A stretch of DNA of 64,000 bases from Candidatus Hydrothermarchaeales archaeon (GTDB lineage Archaea > Hydrothermarchaeota > Hydrothermarchaeia > Hydrothermarchaeales > JAZGAD01). Both the position numbers and the translations under genes were made by a program. Each line of letters starts with the position of its first letter. The first letter of the stretch is position 1. Where the stretch lies: contig JAZGAD010000012.1 in the NCBI GenBank assembly GCA_036444275.1, positions 36,464 to 100,463 on the forward strand, written 5' to 3'. This document shows positions 57,417 through 64,000 of this stretch, piece after piece. The notes beneath the pieces were generated by a model. That model saw only the letters and a list, made by a program, of their open reading frames with translations, had not been told where the DNA came from and did not search any database.

Positions 57417-57608
57417 ACACAGATATACTGATAATATTTCATGTAAATTCCGTTGAGAATTGAGTACTCCGGGACGGGGCTACAGGAACGTTCTAAGCGT
57501 CGTCAGTTCTCCAATGTAAAAGACTAAGAATGTTTCTTTACGTTAAGAGAGGGCCAAATGCTGGAGAAAAAACCTTTTTTCCGTTGATAACACTGTAGTG
57601 AGTTTCAA

Positions 57609-58871
57609 ATGAAGTTTGAAGAATATAATCTTGGCAAAAGAACCCTTGATGCAATAGATGCTCTTGGTTACAAGACCCTCACACCCATCCAAGAAGAGGT
57701 TCTTCCTTTAGCCCTTTCGGGAAAGGATGTTGTGGGGCAGTCGTGCACCGGTTCAGGGAAGACCGCCACCTTTAGCATACCAATAGCCGAACGGATAAAG
57801 GTGGGAGAAGGTCTAAAGGTACTGGTAGTTGTACCAACACGGGAACTTTGCCTCCAAATAACAAAGGACATTAGGGACATGGCCCGGAACAGCGGGCTAA
57901 AGGTGTTGCCGGTTTACGGTGGTCAGCCGATAAAGGTCCAGTTAAATAAGGTCGGCAGGGCAGATGTAATAGTTGCGACACCTGGAAGACTTCTAGACCA
58001 CCTAAGGCGCAGAAGCATAAGCTTGGGACAGATAGAAATACTCATCCTCGATGAAGCTGACAGAATGCTTGATATGGGTTTTATAGACGACATCAGAAAG
58101 ATCATCAGAGCCACTCCAAGGTATAGACAGACTATGCTTTTCGGTGCCACCATCCCCGGGGCTATACGGCAGCTGAGTCGGAAATACATGAAAAATCCGG
58201 AATATGTGGAAATCTCAAAAGAGGTGGACACTCCCAACATAGAAGAGTTCTTCATCCAGGTGCCTGAGGGGGAAAAGTTTCAGCTGCTTAGGCATCTTCT
58301 TGACACTGAGGTACCTCAATCGGCAATGATTTTCTGCAACACCAGAAGACTTACAGACACCCTTGCAGAGAACCTGAAACATCCGGGGTTTGGCGCCATG
58401 GCTATTCACGGGGACATGAAACAGGCAAAAAGAGAGAGAGTGATAGAGAGCTTCTACAAGAAGGAATTCACCCTCCTTTGCGCGACAGATGTGGCCTCCA
58501 GGGGTCTCGATATCTCAGATGTCTCCCACATAATTAACTATGAGGTGCCCATGGACCCCAAGGACTATACTCACCGTATAGGGCGAACCGCACGAATGGG
58601 AAAGAAAGGCAAGGCTGTCACGTTGTTGAGCCCTTCGGGGTATCGGGACATGAGGAATCTTGAAAAAGAGTTGGGATCTGTTGAATTTACAGAGGTCGCA
58701 GGGTTCAACCCAGAGACGTACGCACCTCTGAATCCAAGACTTCGCAGCAAAGACGGCATCCGGTCAAATAAGAGGAAGGGAGGGTGGAAGTATAAGAAGA
58801 AAGGAAGGCAGAGGTTTTCAGCTGGAAACAGTGGGGGTAAACCCCACCGAAGAGGAAGACGGCAATATTAG
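57609..58871 (+). CDS. DEAD-box RNA helicase
   Basis: TPIQ, TGSGKT, PTREL, TPGR, DEAD, GAT (for SAT), RGLD and HRIGRTAR motifs; basic tail. Confidence 0.95.
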   Translation: MKFEEYNLGKRTLDAIDALGYKTLTPIQEEVLPLALSGKDVVGQSCTGSGKTATFSIPIAERIKVGEGLKVLVVVPTRELCLQITKDIRDMARNSGLKVLPVYGGQPIKVQLNKVGRADVIVATPGRLLDHLRRRSISLGQIEILILDEADRMLDMGFIDDIRKIIRATPRYRQTMLFGATIPGAIRQLSRKYMKNPEYVEISKEVDTPNIEEFFIQVPEGEKFQLLRHLLDTEVPQSAMIFCNTRRLTDTLAENLKHPGFGAMAIHGDMKQAKRERVIESFYKKEFTLLCATDVASRGLDISDVSHIINYEVPMDPKDYTHRIGRTARMGKKGKAVTLLSPSGYRDMRNLEKELGSVEFTEVAGFNPETYAPLNPRLRSKDGIRSNKRKGGWKYKKKGRQRFSAGNSGGKPHRRGRRQY

Positions 58872-58890
58872 TCTGGCTTATTCTTTCAAA

Positions 58891-59130
58891 TCATTTTCCC
58901 CCCTTAACCCATTGGTACCGAAAAAGTTTAGAATTCCCTTTAACCTTTTGGACTTCGCCTTTTGCTACCATTTTGCGTAAAATTTGGGCTAATTTCCAAC
59001 CATTGATTTCAATTCCACGCTTCCATAATCTTTTGTTAATTGACTTAGATTTGAAAGCATAACTTTTATTTCGAAGTAAGATTTCTTTTATGGTACTTTC
59101 CAATTCCACGCTTTCATACTCTTTTTCCAT
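58891..59130 (-). CDS. Small basic winged-helix-like protein
   Basis: 79 aa; LAQILRKMVAKGEV...RYQW wing pattern; AT-rich. Confidence 0.55.
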   Translation of the reverse strand: MEKEYESVELESTIKEILLRNKSYAFKSKSINKRLWKRGIEINGWKLAQILRKMVAKGEVQKVKGNSKLFRYQWVKGGK

Positions 59131-59237
59131 TTTTCTAAAGCCTCGACATTATTTCTTCCGTGATCACTCGAATTTTTCTATAATCTTAAGAAACCTTACA
59201 GGTTGGGGGGCTGGGGGCATTGTCCATGGTTATGGAG

Positions 59238-59312
59238 TGCTCCGGACGGGATTTGAACCCGTGTCATGGGAGTGAGAGTCCCACATGATTGGCCGAGCTA
59301 CACTACCGGAGC
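59238..59312 (-). tRNA. tRNA-Glu (CTC)
   Basis: GCTCCGG/CCGGAGC acceptor stem; TGGGA-CTCTCAC-TCCCA anticodon arm; TTCAAAT T-loop. Confidence 0.96.
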
Positions 59313-59315
59313 AAT

Positions 59316-60404
59316 TTATGATTTCACTAATGCCTTTATAGCAGTAGTTATCTCCTCTGTCAGCGTCTTTATCTGATCCTCCAGTCTGACGATCCTCTGC
59401 TCATATTCCTCTTCTTTATTCTTCCGCTTCCTCTCTACATCATCCAGCTCAGCCTTATAGCTTTCCTGTGTACGCTTCAGCTCATCATCCTTAGATTCCA
59501 CTGCCTCACGTAAACCTTTCTCATCCTCCTTGAACTTGGTTAAACTCGCGTCCAACTCTTTTAGCTCTTCATCCTTCTTGTCTAATGCAGAACCCTTCTT
59601 CTCAATGTCCCTGGCGAGCTTGGATATCCCCTCATCCTTGGTTTTTACATGAGCCTCCAAATCCGCCACCTTTTCTTTCAGACCCTTGAGATCCTCCTCA
59701 GCGTTCTTCTTCGCCTCTTCTACCTGCTTCTTCGCCTCGTTCAGCTCTTCAGCACTTATCTTGAACTCCATATCCTTCGCTTCTAGCTCTCCCTCAAGAT
59801 TCTCAAGCCTCTTTTGCATACCCTCGATTTCCTCTTCCTTTTTACCGGAGCCCTCGGCATCAGATTCTATATATCCCTTTAACTCCGTAATCTCGCCATC
59901 TCTTTTGGAGATCTCCTCATTCAGCCTCTCGACTTCCGTTTCATGTTCCTCCACTTTCTCTTGGAGGTCTTTCAACTGGGCATTGCCTTCCTCAGCCACC
60001 CTTCTAAGCTCCTCCAACTCCTCCGTCGCTTCATCGGGAATTGCTTCTTTACCCTTCAACTCCTCAAGTTGATTCGCCCTCTTCTCTAGCGCCTCCTCCA
60101 GCTCCTTAATCCTAGATTCCCGTTCCTCGACCGCTGACTTGATTTTCTCTACCTCTTCCTCCGTAACTGCGTCTCCAACTCCCTTACGCTCCTCCAGTTC
60201 CTTTTCCTTCGCTTCTAGGCCAGCCTTCAATTCCTGTAATTCATTTTCTTTATCACGCAACTCCCCATCCGTTTTTTCGAGCTGATCCTCGAGTTCCATG
60301 ATCCTGTTCTTCACCATCAGCTCCAGTCGATTAATCTCTACCTGCAGGGCTTCCTCTAATTCCTTTACCTTCTTCCGGTAGGCAAATGGCAGCTTCATCT
60401 TCAA
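59316..60404 (-). CDS. Acidic coiled-coil protein
   Basis: E/K-rich heptads along the whole length; no catalytic motif. Confidence 0.75.
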   Translation of the reverse strand: MKMKLPFAYRKKVKELEEALQVEINRLELMVKNRIMELEDQLEKTDGELRDKENELQELKAGLEAKEKELEERKGVGDAVTEEEVEKIKSAVEERESRIKELEEALEKRANQLEELKGKEAIPDEATEELEELRRVAEEGNAQLKDLQEKVEEHETEVERLNEEISKRDGEITELKGYIESDAEGSGKKEEEIEGMQKRLENLEGELEAKDMEFKISAEELNEAKKQVEEAKKNAEEDLKGLKEKVADLEAHVKTKDEGISKLARDIEKKGSALDKKDEELKELDASLTKFKEDEKGLREAVESKDDELKRTQESYKAELDDVERKRKNKEEEYEQRIVRLEDQIKTLTEEITTAIKALVKS

Positions 60405-60445
60405 CCTAAAAATTTATACCCATTGTATAGTATATAAAATTTGCA

Positions 60446-60862
60446 ATGGCGGTTGTGGAAAATCAGGAAAGGGTCTACGAGCTCATCTATAACTCCAAAG
60501 GAATTAGCAAGGGAAAACTCAAGAACGAACTTGAACTCATAGAAGATGAACTGAAGAATCACCTGGATACCCTCTATCGTTACGGCTTCATCGACTTATT
60601 GAGAGGGGAATATGCCGCTGTAGAAGAGGAGATGATCCTCGAAACCTACTTGGAGCGGAATGTGGACTTGCATTACCTACGGGAAGCCGTAGACTCTGGA
60701 CTCGTTGCATCCATGATGCAAGACGAATTTGGGGGTTTCATAGAAGAGATCAAAAGCATGCCTACAACTGGCCTGGACTGGAAGATTGCAGAGCTCGAGA
60801 GGAAGGTAAAGATCCTTTCCTACTTGTATAACAGCTTCAGAGAACTCAAGAAGGTAAGGTGA
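60446..60862 (+). CDS. Putative winged-helix protein
   Basis: RVYELI...GISKGKLKNEL...LKNHLDTLYRYGFI pattern. Confidence 0.6.
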   Translation: MAVVENQERVYELIYNSKGISKGKLKNELELIEDELKNHLDTLYRYGFIDLLRGEYAAVEEEMILETYLERNVDLHYLREAVDSGLVASMMQDEFGGFIEEIKSMPTTGLDWKIAELERKVKILSYLYNSFRELKKVR

Positions 60863-61026
60863 ATTCTGTCAATATACACGTAACTACTCGACAACTGAGA
60901 ATTTGATTATGTAATTTGGGCAATTGAAAGTCATAGACATTGCGGTACGAAAAAATCACAGAGAATTTGCTTTATGAAAAGTTTATATTAACAATATTTG
61001 ATGTATAGTGGTTCGGGAGCTTTATT

Positions 61027-61218
61027 ATGGTGAGTAGGAAGCATCATTTGGTTAAAAGCGTCGTTTACAGAATCTATGCGACCATAGTATCAATATTGGT
61101 CCTTCAGTTGTTCACTGGCAATTGGGTTGAGAGTGCTTCTATAGGCGCCGTGCTAAATTTTGTTAAAGTCTTCACCTATTACATCTACGAGAGGCTATGG
61201 TTTCACGCTACCAAATAA
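61027..61218 (+). CDS. DUF2061-like small membrane protein
   Basis: KSVVYRI, FTG and K...YYIYERLW motifs. Confidence 0.75.
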   Translation: MVSRKHHLVKSVVYRIYATIVSILVLQLFTGNWVESASIGAVLNFVKVFTYYIYERLWFHATK

Positions 61219-61232
61219 GAATTTAATAATAG

Positions 61233-61307
61233 CGCCCCCGGCGGGATTCGAACCCGCGACTCCCGGCTTAGAAGGCCGGTGCCCTATCCTGACTAGGCTA
61301 CGAAGGC
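61233..61307 (-). tRNA. tRNA-Arg (TCT)
   Basis: GCCTTCG/CGGGGGC acceptor stem (two G-U); CCGGC-CTTCTAA-GCCGG anticodon arm; TTCGAAT T-loop. Confidence 0.94.
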
Positions 61308-62554
61308 ATATTTACGGTGTATCTGCTTAAGGGCTTGCTCAAGTGCCGCATTGCGCTTGCCGGCGCAGAGTATAAACCTTCCTCTAACGTGCGCTTAACT
61401 TCCACTTTATCCTTTTTATCACTACGCGTTTTGCACCTTCTGCACCTGAAACCTTGCTCCCTCCCAGCTGATTCCATCCGCCTGTTGCACACCTCGCAGA
61501 CAGGGTTTTGTTCCCTGTAAACCTCTGCCAGACGTAAAACTTCAACCTTCTCCAAATTTATGGTCATAGGCTCATCGGCAGTGCTGTTGCATCTTATACC
61601 GCCGTATACCCTTATCCTGTCGCCCAGTATTAGGGCTTTCACTACTTTTCTGAAATCCTTAGTCGGCTCGTAGGCTGCGAAGTCTATGCTTTCACTGCCA
61701 TCAGAGAGGGCTGATACGACGTGTCCGCCAAGAATGGTCTTTGGTTCCCTGGCTACAGTACCCTCTAGGATAACTGACGAGTATGGCTTGGCCTCAGATA
61801 TCATTTCTACCTCTCTTAGGTGTGCATCTGTGCCCTGGTTCGTGAGGAAGATTCTAGTCCTCTCTATCGGCTCCTCAGCACGCACCATTGCGAAGGCACT
61901 TTCCAAAACCTCCTTGTTTTCCCCGCGGATTCCGAACAATACTGGACAGGGTGAGCGCGGAGTAATGAGGATGCGCTTTGTCACATGATCTACGTTGTTG
62001 AATGTTAATGGTGCCGTACTCGCGTCCATCTCGAACACAGATTCCTCGTCAATCCTCCTTTCTTTCCCCCAGTTCTCCCTCTGTCGATAGGCGATTATCT
62101 CATAGGTACTATCACCAAAGTCACTGCCTATCGCTGCTAGGGCACCTATCACGCCCCTGCCGTTCTTGAATTTGTGGAGTTCAGCCCCATGTTCTTTAGC
62201 GATACCTTCTGCTTCGTCAAGGCTTACTATACCATGGAGGGCTTGATGATAGAGCTCCTTGAATTTATTGGGCACCTCTCCCTCGAAGAACACCACCCCT
62301 GGGTTAGTGCCCTCGTCCTCTAAAAACGAGTACTCTTCAACGATTTGTAAGACTTTCCTCTTCACATCTTCTATCCCGCAGTCCACTCTCAAGCAGACGC
62401 TGGCGTTTCCCCTGGTCTTCCATGGAACGTTGGGATTCAGCCTCACCAACCTGGCTTCCTCTACGCCTGAGAGCTCGTCAGCTAGAAGAGCTGCTATATA
62501 CGTGGTGCAGCCGCCTCTTTTGGAATCCGTGTCGTCTATGCCGATGCTGAGCAT
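61298..62554 (-). CDS. tiaS: tRNA(Ile2) agmatinylcytidine synthase
   Basis: IGIDDTDS..GGCTTY, LVRLNPNVPWKTRGN, PCPVLFGIRG, TNQGTDAH, zinc ribbon and RHLSKP motifs. Confidence 0.95.
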   Translation of the reverse strand: MLSIGIDDTDSKRGGCTTYIAALLADELSGVEEARLVRLNPNVPWKTRGNASVCLRVDCGIEDVKRKVLQIVEEYSFLEDEGTNPGVVFFEGEVPNKFKELYHQALHGIVSLDEAEGIAKEHGAELHKFKNGRGVIGALAAIGSDFGDSTYEIIAYRQRENWGKERRIDEESVFEMDASTAPLTFNNVDHVTKRILITPRSPCPVLFGIRGENKEVLESAFAMVRAEEPIERTRIFLTNQGTDAHLREVEMISEAKPYSSVILEGTVAREPKTILGGHVVSALSDGSESIDFAAYEPTKDFRKVVKALILGDRIRVYGGIRCNSTADEPMTINLEKVEVLRLAEVYREQNPVCEVCNRRMESAGREQGFRCRRCKTRSDKKDKVEVKRTLEEGLYSAPASAMRHLSKPLSRYTVNMPS

Positions 62555-62592
62555 ACCCCTACTTTGGACGTGGATAAATTAAAACTTCTCCA

Positions 62593-63246
62593 TTACTTGA
62601 TGAGTCCACGGTGCAGAGCCGTGCCTACCAATGCACCTTTAACACCCATCTCTTCCAGCACCTTGAGATCATCGCCCGTTATCCCGCCTCCGACTGTTAT
62701 CTCTTCGCTGCTCCAATCCAGCGCCCTCAAGAAATCGAATCTATTTCCAGTCAGAGTGCCAACCGAGGAGATATCCAGGAAGATGAATCTCTTGGCATCC
62801 ATATTCTTCAAGAAATCAAATGCTTCAGAGACTTCTTCTGGCAGGAATGGGGAGAGCACCTTCCTATCTTTCATATCAATACTTACAATCGCACCATGCA
62901 GCATATCCTGCAGGCGATCTGGGCTCTTTAAAGTCTCAGTTGCAACTATCACATCGACATCCAACGGGTCTAGCTTCTGGAAATCTTTGTAGTCCCTGAT
63001 TCCTATGTCTACTAGAACCTTCTTTACCCTGCTCAGTCTATCCAAGAGTTTAAGATCAGGCTCACCCCGCATTATCCCGTCTAGATCCGCAACGTACAGC
63101 CTATCGAAGGGCAGGGTCTCTGCTATTCCTACTGGGTCTGATGAATCAGAGAAAATGGTTTTAAGCTCAGAGTAGGTCTCCCTCTCTCCGGATTTTCCTG
63201 CTACAGCTCTCTCCCCCATTACATCTAGGACCGGGATTATCTCCAT
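62593..63246 (-). CDS. HisA/HisF-related TIM-barrel protein (C1-cofactor biosynthesis-associated type)
   Basis: IIPVLDVM...AV.G.SG.R..Y, YVADLDGI, LDISSVGT, VGGGI and LVGTALH motifs. Confidence 0.8.
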   Translation of the reverse strand: MEIIPVLDVMGERAVAGKSGERETYSELKTIFSDSSDPVGIAETLPFDRLYVADLDGIMRGEPDLKLLDRLSRVKKVLVDIGIRDYKDFQKLDPLDVDVIVATETLKSPDRLQDMLHGAIVSIDMKDRKVLSPFLPEEVSEAFDFLKNMDAKRFIFLDISSVGTLTGNRFDFLRALDWSSEEITVGGGITGDDLKVLEEMGVKGALVGTALHRGLIK

Positions 63247-63639
63247 CTACTTTTCCTCTTCCTTCTGCAGGTGCTTAGTATGTACTGATTTGCTCACCAC
63301 TTCCTCAGCTTCTGCTCCCTTTTGAATCTGCGCTACTTCCTCCAACTTAGCAACCTTTTCCACCTTGGCTATTCTTGCTATGCGCACGACTCTGAAGAGG
63401 GGTATTATTGCAAGTATATCCAGCCAGTGAGTCCTCGTGAAGGCCTTACCAGACCCTTTGAAGTTTCTATATTCTTTGAAGAGGTCTACAGCGAAGATTC
63501 CTAGGACGGCGACATCAACTATCTCTATAACCTCTTCCTGCTCTTCTGGAAGCTCATAGGCAACTTGCAATATCAATGAAACTACGACGAATATCGCTGC
63601 TAGGAATACAATCCAGTTCCACAATCTCTCCATGTGCAT
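63247..63639 (-). CDS. Stand-alone voltage-sensor-like (S1-S4) protein without a pore
   Basis: IFAVDL (S2), WLDILAIIP (S3), FRVVRIARIAKVEKVAK (S4), then a short soluble tail. Confidence 0.75.
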   Translation of the reverse strand: MHMERLWNWIVFLAAIFVVVSLILQVAYELPEEQEEVIEIVDVAVLGIFAVDLFKEYRNFKGSGKAFTRTHWLDILAIIPLFRVVRIARIAKVEKVAKLEEVAQIQKGAEAEEVVSKSVHTKHLQKEEEK

Positions 63640-63687
63640 TACTTTCTCTCCGCAACTTTTATTATTTCGGTGACCAAGCTAGATTCG

Positions 63688-64000
63688 ATGCATACACATA
63701 CGAAGCTGTTGGTAAGCCCTATTAATCTTCAGGAAGCTAAAGAAGCACTGGAAGGTGGGGCTGATATAATAGATGTCAAGAATCCTAAGGAGGGATCTCT
63801 AGGCGCTAATTTTCCTTGGATAATACGGGAGATAAAGAGTCTTTTACCAAAAAACGTGGAGCTGAGTGCCACTCTAGGCGACTTGGATTTCAAGCCTGGC
63901 ACTGCATCTCTCGCTGCATACGGCCTAGTCAGTATTGGAGTGGATTATGTGAAGGCCGGCTTCTTCGGTGTGCAGGAAGAGCAGGCTTTAGAAATGGCTG
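63688..64000 (+). CDS. mfnB: 4-HFC-P synthase of methanofuran biosynthesis (partial, runs off the window)
   Basis: Not in the ORF track. Manual translation gives MHTHTKLLVSPINLQEAKEALEGGADIIDVKNPKEGSLGANFPW...SATLGD..FKPGTASLAA. Confidence 0.92.
   Translation, partial: MHTHTKLLVSPINLQEAKEALEGGADIIDVKNPKEGSLGANFPWIIREIKSLLPKNVELSATLGDLDFKPGTASLAAYGLVSIGVDYVKAGFFGVQEEQALEMA

Noticed and set aside
51449-60404. SMC/Rad50 annotation for the three coiled-coil proteins
   Set aside because: No Walker A/B, signature motif, hinge or zinc hook.

Overview
This window is archaeal chromosomal DNA with TATA/BRE promoters, GGTGA/GGAGG ribosome sites and tRNAs lacking an encoded CCA. Gene content (A-type ATP synthase, thermosome, Phr, form III RuBisCO, MtrH, F420 and methanofuran genes, CooT) points to an anaerobic euryarchaeote, possibly Hydrothermarchaeota-like; the taxonomy is inference only. 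Most of it is housekeeping, with four tRNAs (Phe-GAA, Pro-TGG, Glu-CTC, Arg-TCT). The most interesting items are: (1) an unrecognised, highly structured ~155-nt RNA with its own TATA box, lying between a bacterial-type nurA-herA pair and a corrinoid activator/mtrH operon; (2) a bacterial-type queuosine cluster (queF, queA, tgt); (3) two tRNA-modification genes (queF, tiaS) whose stop codons are U8-A9-G10 of the downstream tRNA; (4) a 3-kb AT-rich nuclease island bounded by inverted arm-6bp-arm sites; (5) an orphan TnpB omegaRNA/IS605 right end with no tnpB; (6) a 714-bp att-flanked toxin-antitoxin relic at tRNA-Phe; (7) a Phr heat-shock island with visible operators; (8) a 2,400-aa duplicated PEF-CTERM surface protein; (9) tandem coiled-coil paralogues and a pore-less voltage sensor. 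All calls come from reading motifs by eye; no searches or folding programs were run.
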